Shown one piece after another: positions 55,872 through 64,000 of a stretch of DNA of 64,000 nt (positions within the stretch are counted from its first letter, which is position 1; each line of letters starts with the position of its first letter). Source of the DNA: Acidimicrobiaceae bacterium (GTDB taxonomy: Bacteria; Actinomycetota; Acidimicrobiia; Acidimicrobiales; Ilumatobacteraceae). Where the stretch lies: positions 2,682 to 66,681 of the forward strand of contig JABMNW010000192.1 of assembly GCA_013204455.1 (NCBI GenBank). Direction: 5' to 3'. The notes under the pieces are model-generated. The model was not told the DNA's origin. It searched no databases and worked only from the letters and a program-made list of their open reading frames with translations. A program made the translations under genes and the position numbers.

Positions 55872-56732
55872 ATGGTCAAAATCGCTGATCTCCTAGCCAA
55901 CGGACCTACGTTCTCATTCGAGTTCTTTCCTCCCAAAACCGATGCCGCACAGCTAACGCTTTTGGATACCATCGCCGAACTAGAACCCTTGCATCCCAGT
56001 TTCGTCTCGGTCACCTACGGCGCAGGTGGTTCTACCCGCGAACGCACCCGTGATCTTGTTACGTGGGTGCACCGTGACACATCGATAACACCGATGGCGC
56101 ACCTCACCTGTATCGGTCACACGAAGCCCGAAATTGATGAGATCATCACCACATATCTGGCGAACGGGATCGACAATATTCTGGCGCTCGGAGGTGATCC
56201 GTCAACCGATACTGACCAAGCCAGGCCGACTGACTTCGTCTATGCCATGGATCTAGTGGAGCATCTGCGAGCCAAGGCATCGCTGTCGATCGGTGTCGCC
56301 GCACATCCAGAAATGCATCCACGCTCGCCGGATCGCAACTCCGACCGAAAGTATCTCGCTAGAAAACTGCGCATCGCCGACTTTGCCATCACCCAGTTCT
56401 TCTTCGAAGTCGATCACTATGTTCAACTTGTCGAGGAGCTCGCCGACATTGGCGTGTACACACCAATTATCCCCGGCATTATGCCGGTGACCAACAAATC
56501 GCAGGTGCAACGTATGTCGCAACTGTCCGGCGCTGCGTTCCCGCAGTGGCTAGCCGACCGCTTGGCCGATGTCGATGACCCAGACGAGGTACAACGAATC
56601 GGAATAGACACCGCCACAGAGTTATGCGCGCAACTGCTAGAAGTTGGCGCCCCTGGGTTGCATTTCTACACACTCAACCGATCGATGGCCACCCGCCAAA
56701 TCTATGACAACCTCGGTCTCGCGAACGCCTAA
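55872..56732 (+). CDS. metF: 5,10-methylenetetrahydrofolate reductase
   Basis: FSFEFFPPKT, VTYGAGG and HFYTLN blocks. It starts 2 nt after the metH stop. Confidence 0.9.
   Translation: MVKIADLLANGPTFSFEFFPPKTDAAQLTLLDTIAELEPLHPSFVSVTYGAGGSTRERTRDLVTWVHRDTSITPMAHLTCIGHTKPEIDEIITTYLANGIDNILALGGDPSTDTDQARPTDFVYAMDLVEHLRAKASLSIGVAAHPEMHPRSPDRNSDRKYLARKLRIADFAITQFFFEVDHYVQLVEELADIGVYTPIIPGIMPVTNKSQVQRMSQLSGAAFPQWLADRLADVDDPDEVQRIGIDTATELCAQLLEVGAPGLHFYTLNRSMATRQIYDNLGLANA
56557..56732 (+). repeat. 176-bp segment (metF 3' end) duplicated at 60623-60798
   Basis: Gap-free hand alignment with 17 mismatches. Confidence 0.9.
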
Positions 56733-57310
56733 AGCTCATAATTCGAGTCTTTTGCGGCTCGTAACGCGGCATTAATTCGATCATCCCAGTCAATGTCTTC
56801 CGTGCTGGTGCCAGCGGCACGGATATCCGCGCGCTGACGATCAAGTTCGATTGCTACCGTTTCCACGATCTCGGTGAGATGAATTGAAGCAATGTCCGTG
56901 CGTAGTCGCTGCGCGAGCGCTGGACTTGATCCACCAGTGCTCACTGCAACAGTTACGAAACCCCGACGAGCAACAGCTGGCAGGATGAACGAACAGTTGT
57001 CAGGATCGTCGGCACTGTTGACCCAAACTCCATGAGATTTCGCGTCAGACGCGACTAACGCATTGACCACCGGATCATTTGTGGCAGTGATTACAAGTTT
57101 GTATCCAGCGATATCGCCGCGACGGTATGGGCGTTTCTCAATCTGGTGTGCGACGGCTTCAATACCGTCAGCCACATCTGGTGCGATCACCGTGACGATT
57201 GCGCCGGCCTTAGCCAGACCAGTGGCTTTGCGTAGGGCAACCGGACCCCCTCCTACGACCAAAACGGCGACTTGAGTCAGGTTAAGGAAGACCGGATAAT
57301 CAAACGCCAT
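56729..57310 (-). CDS. precorrin-2 dehydrogenase/sirohydrochlorin ferrochelatase (SirC/Met8, CysG N-terminal-domain-like)
   Basis: FPVFLNL...VLVVGGGPVALRKA Rossmann start. ATG 57310 (MAFDYPVFLNL) is preferred over 57412. Convergent 4-nt overlap with metF. Confidence 0.7.
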   Translation of the reverse strand: MAFDYPVFLNLTQVAVLVVGGGPVALRKATGLAKAGAIVTVIAPDVADGIEAVAHQIEKRPYRRGDIAGYKLVITATNDPVVNALVASDAKSHGVWVNSADDPDNCSFILPAVARRGFVTVAVSTGGSSPALAQRLRTDIASIHLTEIVETVAIELDRQRADIRAAGTSTEDIDWDDRINAALRAAKDSNYEL

Positions 57311-57367
57311 AAGGGAAGCCTTGTATTCTTTCTGACCGGATTGGTCTAACGTTTTGCAATGTTGATA

Positions 57368-57381
57368 AATATGATCATATT
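57368..57381. promoter_or_regulatory. perfect 14-bp palindrome AATATGATCATATT in the sirC/cysH divergent intergenic region
   Basis: Read directly. The outer GA/TC pairs extend it to an imperfect 22-mer. It lies 64 nt upstream of the cysH ATG. Confidence 0.4.
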
Positions 57382-57444
57382 GGTCGGGATTCATGTTATG
57401 GTAGTCGAACACACCTTCACTTTGCGACCCAAAAGGTTACCTTT

Positions 57445-58098
57445 ATGCCATTACTAACGATTCCCGAATCACTCGAGAAGGGACACCCTGCAGATACATT
57501 CCGTTGGGCGGCTGAGCAGTTTGGCATCGACAGCATCGTCGTTACCGCGAGTTTCCAGAATGCAGTGCTCGTCCACATGGCAGCCTCGACTGTTCCTGGA
57601 ATCGAAATTGTTTTACTGGACACTCAGTATCTATTTGCGGAAACAAAATGGTTCGCCGAAGAACTAACCAAGAAACTTGATCTCAACCTTCGCATAGTCA
57701 ATCCGCTACCCCATGTAAAGGCTGATAATTTGTGGCAGGTCAATCTCGAGGGTTGTTGCAATATTCGTAAGGTCGAGCCACTCAACCGTGCCCTTGAGGG
57801 CAAGCTGGCATGGGTCACAGGACTGCGCCGAGCAGATGGTCCGACCCGTACCAATGCCCGAGTCCGATCTTTCGACATCGGTCGCAACATCGTCAAGCTC
57901 AACCCGCTCGCGGCGTACACCGACGACGACATGATGCATTACGCACAGTTGCACGAATTACCATCCAACCCTTTGACCGAGCGAGGTTACCCGTCAATCG
58001 GGTGCTGGCCATGCACCCGTCCCGTTGCCACTGGCGAGGATAAGCGTGGCGGTCGCTGGGCCGGCACCACCAAAACCGAATGTGGAATTCACGCATGA
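57445..58098 (+). CDS. cysH: adenosine 5'-phosphosulfate (APS)/PAPS reductase, Fe-S cluster type
   Basis: CC pair (EGCCNIRKVEPL), SIGCWPCT and C-terminal KTECGIH motifs. Confidence 0.85.
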   Translation: MPLLTIPESLEKGHPADTFRWAAEQFGIDSIVVTASFQNAVLVHMAASTVPGIEIVLLDTQYLFAETKWFAEELTKKLDLNLRIVNPLPHVKADNLWQVNLEGCCNIRKVEPLNRALEGKLAWVTGLRRADGPTRTNARVRSFDIGRNIVKLNPLAAYTDDDMMHYAQLHELPSNPLTERGYPSIGCWPCTRPVATGEDKRGGRWAGTTKTECGIHA

Positions 58099-59834
58099 GT
58101 ACCCCAGAAGAAATTAAACTCGCCAGTAATTATCTACGCGGTAATTTGCATTCCGAATTAGGCGAACGCACTACCGAATTTAGTCATGACGGTGTAGTTT
58201 TGCTCAAATTCCACGGTATTTATCAACAAGACGACCGCGATGTCCGCCGCGCCCGAGCCGCCAAACGGCTTCCGCTCGACTACAGCTGCATGGTTCGCAC
58301 GGCAGTGCCGGGTGGGGTGATCACACCGACTCAATGGCTAGCGCTCGATCAACTTAGCGATATCGCCGACGGCACAATGCGACTCACATCCCGGCAGGGG
58401 GTGCAATTCCATGTGGTGCACAAAGAAAACCTGCGCCAGTTGGTGCATGACATCAATGGTGCACTGTTGACCACGCTTGCTGCCTGTGGCGATGTCGTGC
58501 CCAACATCATGGCCAACCCGTTTCCCGACGAACGTCAGACCATTATTCAGCCGGTGCTCAAGCAATTGGTGCAGCGCTTTCGCCCCCAAACTTCGAGTTA
58601 CTGGGAAATCTGGATTGATGGTGAAAAGGCCGTCACTGCCGAGCCAAATAATTCGATTGAGCATCTCGAACCGGTGTATGGCGAGACATATCTGCCTCGT
58701 AAATTTAAGATCGGTATTGCCTGGCCAGGTGACAACAGCATTGATGTCTATACCCAAGACGTCGGCATCGTTCCGACACTCAGCAACGGAACGACCGGTG
58801 ACCTCACCGGATTCGTCGTTTATGCGGGTGGCGGACTTGGTATGAGTCACGCCCGTGAGGATGACACCTATCCGCGATTGGCCAGTGAACTCGGATGGGT
58901 CACTCCAGATCAAGTAGTGAATGTCGTCGAAGCAATTGTTATGACCCAGCGCGATCACGGAAATCGTGCCGACCGACATCGAGCTCGGCTCAAGTACTTG
59001 ATCGACGAAATGGGTATCGACTGGCTCACGGCCCAGGTGCAAGAACGTAGTGGTGTTACTTTGCAACTTTCGCCAGGCATTCCGGCGTGGGATGCCGCCG
59101 ATTACCACGGATGGAATCTAACGGGGACGAAATTTACCTACGGCTTACCGATTCCGTCTGGACGTGTGGCCGACCGCAATGGACTGGCACTTCGTACAGC
59201 ACTGCGCACGCTCGCCAGATCAGGACTCATCGAGTCATTTATCGTCACGCCCCGTCAGGATCTGCTGATCAGTGGCGTGAACAAGTCTGATCGCGCGAAT
59301 GTCGAGACCATTTTGCGCAATTACGGTGTGCCGCTCGCCAACGATGTCAGTGCGTTAGCCCGGCTGTCGATTGCGTGCCCGGCACTGCCCACATGCGGCC
59401 AGGCACTCGGTGAAGCCGAGCGGGTGCTACCACAGTTGGTCGGCGCAATCGACAAGTCGCTTGCTGATGTTGGCGTAGGCGGTGCGGCGATTCGGCTTAA
59501 CATGACCGGATGTCCGAATGGCTGCTCGCGTCCGTACACCGCCGAGATTGGAATTGTCGGACGCACCAAGACCACCTACGACGTCTATGTGGGCGGTTCT
59601 GTTGGTGGAGAGCGGCTCGCTGAACGACTTCGCGCCGACGTCGCCCTCGCCGACATTCCGGCGCTGCTGTCACCGGTTTTTGCCGGATACGCAACCGATG
59701 GCCTTCAAGGCGAGACCTTCGGCGACTACTGCAACCGGGTCGGAACCGAGCAACTGATTTCGATATTGCCCACCCCAATGGTTCGACGCCGTCGCGCCAC
59801 AGCGGATGCAGAAGCAAATAGCAACGAGTCATGA
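58095..59834 (+). CDS. ferredoxin-dependent sulfite (nitrite/sulfite) reductase hemoprotein
   Basis: Two nitrite/sulfite reductase repeats and the siroheme/4Fe-4S Cys cluster (ACPALPTCG...TGCPNGCSRP). ATG 58095 forms an ATGA overlap with cysH. Confidence 0.85.
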   Translation: MSTPEEIKLASNYLRGNLHSELGERTTEFSHDGVVLLKFHGIYQQDDRDVRRARAAKRLPLDYSCMVRTAVPGGVITPTQWLALDQLSDIADGTMRLTSRQGVQFHVVHKENLRQLVHDINGALLTTLAACGDVVPNIMANPFPDERQTIIQPVLKQLVQRFRPQTSSYWEIWIDGEKAVTAEPNNSIEHLEPVYGETYLPRKFKIGIAWPGDNSIDVYTQDVGIVPTLSNGTTGDLTGFVVYAGGGLGMSHAREDDTYPRLASELGWVTPDQVVNVVEAIVMTQRDHGNRADRHRARLKYLIDEMGIDWLTAQVQERSGVTLQLSPGIPAWDAADYHGWNLTGTKFTYGLPIPSGRVADRNGLALRTALRTLARSGLIESFIVTPRQDLLISGVNKSDRANVETILRNYGVPLANDVSALARLSIACPALPTCGQALGEAERVLPQLVGAIDKSLADVGVGGAAIRLNMTGCPNGCSRPYTAEIGIVGRTKTTYDVYVGGSVGGERLAERLRADVALADIPALLSPVFAGYATDGLQGETFGDYCNRVGTEQLISILPTPMVRRRRATADAEANSNES

Positions 59835-60673
59835 GCGGTCACATTGCCCTCGTTGGTGCTGGTCCAGGTGATCCTGAGTTGCTTACAGTTAGAGCCGCGC
59901 GCCTCATTGCCTCGGCTGACGTCGTCGTGCACGACGCACTTGTGAGTGACGATGTCCTTGCACTCGTTTCTCCAGCTGCCGAATTAATCAACGTCGGTAA
60001 ACGCCCAGGCCAAGGTGTGGCCCAAGAGTTGACAAACGAATTGCTCATTCTCCTCGCGACCGATGGCAAGCGAGTCGTGCGACTCAAGGGTGGTGATCCA
60101 TTTGTTTTCGGACGTGGCGGCGAGGAAGCCGTAGCTCTCGCTGCAGCCGGGTTCACCTGCGAGATCGTTCCTGGCATCACTTCGGCGATCGCCGCTCCAG
60201 CTGCGGCCGGAATTCCCGTCACTTATCGTGGGTTGTCCGCTTCGTTCACCGTAGTCACAGGACATCGCCAATTTGGTGAGAAACCAGTCAACTGGAGGGC
60301 ACTTGCCCAATCTGAAGGGACACTTGTGATTTTGATGGGCGTGGCCGAGCGTGGCGTAATCGCCACCGAACTGATGGACGGCGGACTCGCCGCCCACACG
60401 CCAGTCGCAGCGATTCGTCTGGCAACTACGAGCGACCAATTCGTTGTCCGTTGCCGCCTCGATGGACTTGCCGAACTGGCGATCGAATCGCCGGCCACAC
60501 TCGTGATCGGTGCAGTGGCCGCGTTAAATGTAACTGAATCACTGTCTGCTACGGGTGCGCAGGAACACCCACCCCACTCAATACGACAATTTCATCAGTT
60601 ACTCAGCCGGGATACACCCCATACTGCTTGGCCGATGTCGATGACCCAGACGAGGTACAACGTATCGGAATAG
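59831..60673 (+). CDS. cobA: uroporphyrinogen-III C-methyltransferase (SUMT)
   Basis: [12 protein letters not shown] and [13 protein letters not shown] motifs. The C-terminal ~45 aa look non-homologous, and the last 17 codons are read out of frame from the metF-derived repeat. Confidence 0.8.
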   Translation: MSGHIALVGAGPGDPELLTVRAARLIASADVVVHDALVSDDVLALVSPAAELINVGKRPGQGVAQELTNELLILLATDGKRVVRLKGGDPFVFGRGGEEAVALAAAGFTCEIVPGITSAIAAPAAAGIPVTYRGLSASFTVVTGHRQFGEKPVNWRALAQSEGTLVILMGVAERGVIATELMDGGLAAHTPVAAIRLATTSDQFVVRCRLDGLAELAIESPATLVIGAVAALNVTESLSATGAQEHPPHSIRQFHQLLSRDTPHTAWPMSMTQTRYNVSE

Positions 60674-60798
60674 ATACCGCCACACAGTTATGCGCGCAAC
60701 TCCTAGAAGTTGGCGCCCCCGGGTTGCATTTCTACACGCTCAACCGATCGACGGCGACCCGCCAAATCTACGACAACCTCGGTCTATCGGGCAATTAA
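60623..60798 (+). pseudogene. metF 3'-terminal fragment (last ~57 codons plus stop), no 5' part
   Basis: In the metF frame it translates to [56 protein letters not shown], versus [56 protein letters not shown] for metF. Confidence 0.85.
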
Positions 60799-60883
60799 AC
60801 CAACGCGTGCGCTGAGTTAGCTCAATAGCCAAAGATTACGCGTCATATGGCAACTTGATAGCGACGCCGTTTAGGCTGATTAA

Positions 60884-61738
60884 ATGATCGACATCCGTGA
60901 AGTCGGTCCGCGTGATGGATTGCAAGTGGAAAGTCCATTGACGGTTGAACAGCGCATCGAATTCATCCAATGCTTGATCGCCGCCGGCGTCAATCACATA
61001 GAAATTGCATCATTTATGCGCGACGATTTAGTCCCTTCAATGGCTGGAGCCGAGCAAGTTGTCGCCGGCGTACCGGCGCGAGCAGGTCTAACTCGGACGG
61101 GTTTAGTCGCCAACACTAAGGGCGCTAAGAGAGCGTTGGCCTGTGGCTTGGATGAAGTCACGATCACGGTGTCATTGTCCGAGACATACAGTCAAAAAAA
61201 TACTGGTAAAAGTCGCAGAGAAGCTTTAACAACAACCGGCGAAATTCTAAATTGCATCGATGCCAAAATACCGACCGATGTGGTGATCTCATGTGCCTTT
61301 GGCTCGCCCTATGCGGATGTGTCAATGCAACACGACCTTCTCAAATTCGTCGACGAATTCCGCGGCTTGGGCTGCGACCGGATCACTCTTGCCGACACCA
61401 CCGGCGAGGCGACACCGAGGTTAATCCGCGAGGCACTCGCGCTTGTCGGAACCGACGTCGGATTACACCTGCACGAAACACGTGGGACAGGTTTGGTAAA
61501 CGCAATTGCTGGTCTTGAAGCCGGAGTTCGTCGCTTTGATTGTTCGTTGGGCGGCATCGGCGGATCACCCTTCGCCAATGGCGCCGCCGGAAATGTTGCC
61601 ACAGAGACACTCGTGTTCTTACTGCACGACTTGGGCTACCAAACTTCAATCGACTTAGACAAACTTCTCGCGGTCGCTCCCCTTCTTTCGCAGATGATCG
61701 GACATCGCCTGCCATCGGCACTCGCTCACCTGCACTAA
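60884..61738 (+). CDS. hydroxymethylglutaryl-CoA lyase
   Basis: EVGPRDGLQ N-terminal motif, HLHETRG and a TIM-barrel length of 284 aa. Confidence 0.85.
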   Translation: MIDIREVGPRDGLQVESPLTVEQRIEFIQCLIAAGVNHIEIASFMRDDLVPSMAGAEQVVAGVPARAGLTRTGLVANTKGAKRALACGLDEVTITVSLSETYSQKNTGKSRREALTTTGEILNCIDAKIPTDVVISCAFGSPYADVSMQHDLLKFVDEFRGLGCDRITLADTTGEATPRLIREALALVGTDVGLHLHETRGTGLVNAIAGLEAGVRRFDCSLGGIGGSPFANGAAGNVATETLVFLLHDLGYQTSIDLDKLLAVAPLLSQMIGHRLPSALAHLH

Positions 61739-61758
61739 ATCCAGTACGGCTCACAAGT

Positions 61759-62469
61759 ATGCTTTCAGGAATTATGAATAAAAAAGTATTACTTCTACGC
61801 CATGTCGCGACAGCAACATTCGCCGCCTTTGTCGTTTTCCTGTTTTGGCTTTCAAGACTAGAATGGACGCCAGATATGCGGCTGTGGCGCGGCTTTGGCG
61901 ATGCCGGTTTGGTGCTTTTGTTTCTGGCACTCGCTATCGGTCCGCTTGCCAAACTTTGGAAACCGGCCTGGCGGGCTCTTTCCTGGCGCCGCGAAATCGG
62001 CATCTGGTTTGCGCTTCTTTCTCTGACTCATGGCATACTCATCGCCAATGGCTGGGCGCAGTGGAATGTAATGCGCTTTTTGGGTTATGAATTTGTCCCG
62101 CAATTTGAACGTTACGCGCGACTGGAACCCGGATTTGGTTTGGCGAATCTGGAAGGTCTGGCCGCGCTATTTTTGGCATTGGTGCTTATGGCAACATCAT
62201 CAGATCGCGCTGTGAATTTTTTTGGTATTGCGTCGTGGAGATGGCTTCACTACGGAGCGTATATTATTTTTTATTTAGTCGCGCTTCATGTAACGTACTT
62301 TCTTTTTATCCATTACACGATATCTTTTCACCGCAGCGTGCCGCCACCGAACTGGTTCCGCTATCCATTCCTGATCATGACTCTCACCGTGTTTACGCTG
62401 CAGACAAGCGCGTTTACTAAAACCGTAATCCAACAGCGCAACAACACAGATTACGTCAAACTGCACTAA
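61759..62469 (+). CDS. ferric-reductase-like transmembrane domain protein (MsrQ/YedZ-like)
   Basis: Six hydrophobic segments with conserved-looking His residues (LSLTHGIL, WLHYGAY). Start at ATG 61759 or 61774. The ORF-track start 61540 overlaps the lyase gene. Confidence 0.5.
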   Translation: MLSGIMNKKVLLLRHVATATFAAFVVFLFWLSRLEWTPDMRLWRGFGDAGLVLLFLALAIGPLAKLWKPAWRALSWRREIGIWFALLSLTHGILIANGWAQWNVMRFLGYEFVPQFERYARLEPGFGLANLEGLAALFLALVLMATSSDRAVNFFGIASWRWLHYGAYIIFYLVALHVTYFLFIHYTISFHRSVPPPNWFRYPFLIMTLTVFTLQTSAFTKTVIQQRNNTDYVKLH

Positions 62470-62954
62470 ACCGGGTACGGCTCACTCCTGTCCTTTTCGG
62501 ACACGTCGCGAAGAATGAGGACCGCTACGCCCGCAATCAGAAATACGTCAGCAAGGTTGAATATCGGCCCTCGGCCGAGGCTGATAAAATCGATCACGCT
62601 ACCCGCGGTGAGCCGGTCGGCGACATTAGCGAAGGCGCCTCCGACGATAAGTCCCGCAGCAAACGGAGGTCGCACCGTTCCACGCCATGCGAAGAACGCA
62701 ATCACTACTGAGATCGACGCCGTCAGGGCGATAATTGCGGACGGGGGCAGGTAACCAGCAAGTCCGAACAGGACACCGTGGTTATGGACAAGGCGCAAAG
62801 TAATCGATCCGAACCGTTTGCTGTGTTCGGCGAGCGCGTCAGTCGCCCAAATCTTGGATGCAATGTCAATCGAGACCGCGACGACCGCAGTGATGACTAA
62901 CACGATTCGGCGACGAGACGACGGTGTTAATTGTTGATCAATCTCCGGATTCAT
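62466..62954 (-). CDS. lspA: lipoprotein signal peptidase (signal peptidase II)
   Basis: VHNHGVLFGL and FNLADVFLIAG motifs, four TM segments. Confidence 0.85.
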   Translation of the reverse strand: MNPEIDQQLTPSSRRRIVLVITAVVAVSIDIASKIWATDALAEHSKRFGSITLRLVHNHGVLFGLAGYLPPSAIIALTASISVVIAFFAWRGTVRPPFAAGLIVGGAFANVADRLTAGSVIDFISLGRGPIFNLADVFLIAGVAVLILRDVSEKDRSEPYPV

Positions 62955-62960
62955 AACCCG

Positions 62961-63696
62961 TTATATTCTCCATGACGGGGGACGCTTCTCAAGAAACGCG
63001 GCAATCCCTTCTTGCGCCTCGCTGGATTGAAACACGCGTTCCGAAACTTGACGCATCTCGTCGAGTTGTTCTTCGTACGAGTCATTCGCGGCGCGACGCA
63101 AGATCTTGATCGTTGTTGCCACCGCCTCTGGACCAGCGGCACAAATTGCCGCGACTAGTCCTTGCGCCGTTGCGTGCGGATCTTGCGAAACGTGAGTCAC
63201 AAGTCCAATTGCCAGCGCGCGAGCGGAGTCGAATTCCTCGCCAGTGATGAACGCCGCCGCGACATTCGACCACGCGACTCGAGCCAAAATTGGAACCGAG
63301 ATCAGCGCTGGTGCTGCACCCAATTTCACCTCGGTAAAAGCGAAGTTGACGGTTGGGGCGACAACCACCAGATCGCATGCCGCCATAATTCCCAATCCAC
63401 CAGCGCGCACTGCGCCGGTCAACACTGCGAAGAGCAAGAATTACTTCGGCCAAATCACTCAAATCGACCGAACCACCGGCAACTTGTTTTAAATCAAGAC
63501 CCGAGCAGAATACCGGTGGCACATGAGTCAGAACGATCGCCCGACTCTCTGTCTCACCAGCGCGCTCGATCGCACGAAGTAACTCAGCCAAAAACTCCGA
63601 AGACAAAGCGTTGCGAGTGAAAGGTGAGTTAAGCGTGATCGTCGCTACATCGCGCGTTACATCTAGCACGACTCGCGCATCGGTAGACGGACTCAC
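62961..63696 (-). pseudogene. enoyl-CoA hydratase/isomerase (crotonase) family gene split by a 1-nt frameshift
   Basis: ORF 63082..63696 gives a crotonase N-terminus (ITLNSPFTRNALS...FCSGLDLK). ORF 62961..63437 gives the remainder in another frame (TGAVRAGGLGIMAACDLVV...AFLEKRPP). The frames cross near 63425-63445. Confidence 0.7.
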
Positions 63697-63874
63697 CTAA
63701 ACAAGATTACTTGAATCTGGTGTCCACTGTTCTCCGACATGCCACGACCAGTCTTCGGGGATGGCAAAACCACAGTGGATCCCGATATCAATAACCACTA
63801 GGGCCGACCCCGAATGTAGTTGGCAACGTCGTGAGTCTGGACGGACACAATATTTAGAGGGTAGATTTCTTAGC

Positions 63875-64000
63875 ATGGAACAAAATCGGGATCAAGAAAA
63901 AGACAACAATGCGAAGCAGGAGCAAGAAGCGGAAACTGCCGGAGGGAATGATTCCTTTTTTGATTTAGACGGCGACGGTAAAGTTTCTGTTGCTGAGACA
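63875..64000 (+). CDS. hypothetical acidic protein with a canonical EF-hand loop; 3' end outside the window
   Basis: The ATG at 63875 opens MEQNRDQEKDNNAKQEQEAETAGGNDSFFDLDGDGKVSVAET. DLDGDGKVSVAE fits DxDxDGxIxxxE. Confidence 0.35.
   Translation, partial: MEQNRDQEKDNNAKQEQEAETAGGNDSFFDLDGDGKVSVAET

Noticed and set aside
1-64000. A search for CRISPR arrays, tRNA/rRNA genes, transposases, integrases and phage structural genes.
   Set aside because: I saw no regularly spaced repeats, no cloverleaf-like segments in the intergenic regions longer than 80 nt, and no recombinase or phage-type ORFs in any frame.

Overview
This 64-kb chromosomal window looks actinobacterial. That is an inference from gene content: a CBS plus cystathionine gamma-lyase pair, an Fe-S type APS reductase with a ferredoxin-type sulfite reductase, a Tat/lipobox solute-binding protein, and many GTG/TTG starts and 4-nt start/stop overlaps. 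I recognised no rRNA, tRNA, CRISPR array, transposase or integrase.

**Layout**
- **nt 1-40,200:** an AT-richer, densely packed catabolic region. It holds a peptide-type ABC importer, an amidase, M20, M81 (MlrC-like), S15 (CocE/NonD) and Ntn-type hydrolases, two class-I aminotransferases, six SDR-superfamily enzymes (five classical, one extended epimerase-type), three alpha/beta hydrolases, three PPOX-like paralogues, four pyruvate-aldolase-type genes (two RraA-like, HpcH, Eda) and an FAH-family gene.
- **nt 13,657-20,360:** a TPP-dependent E1 alpha/beta pair sits with a free-standing lipoyl domain and no E2 in one eight-gene operon.
- **nt 25,702-30,335:** a conspicuously GC-rich, translationally coupled five-gene operon is embedded in the AT-richer region. 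One gene in it lacks a canonical start codon.
- **nt 41,000-64,000:** mostly housekeeping genes. These are pepA, a PduO-type adenosyltransferase, cbs plus cystathionine gamma-lyase, leucine-catabolism genes, metH-metF, a sulfate-reduction/siroheme block and lspA.

**Strongest non-routine signals**
1. A single XRE-nucleotidyltransferase gene, with its own palindrome and hairpin, is bracketed by perfect 32-bp direct repeats (44,350-45,094).
2. A 176-bp, frame-preserving copy of the metF 3' end lies 3.9 kb downstream of metF. The two copies bracket the sirC-cysH-sulfite reductase-cobA block.
3. The E2-less oxoacid-dehydrogenase module with a stand-alone lipoyl carrier.
4. The GC-rich operon with a CTGA junction where ATGA/TTGA is used at the other junctions.

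There are also decay signatures: a frameshifted crotonase, a homopolymer frameshift, a truncated histidine kinase and a stop-riddled ORF remnant upstream of metH.

All functional calls come from motif recognition by eye. No database search was run.
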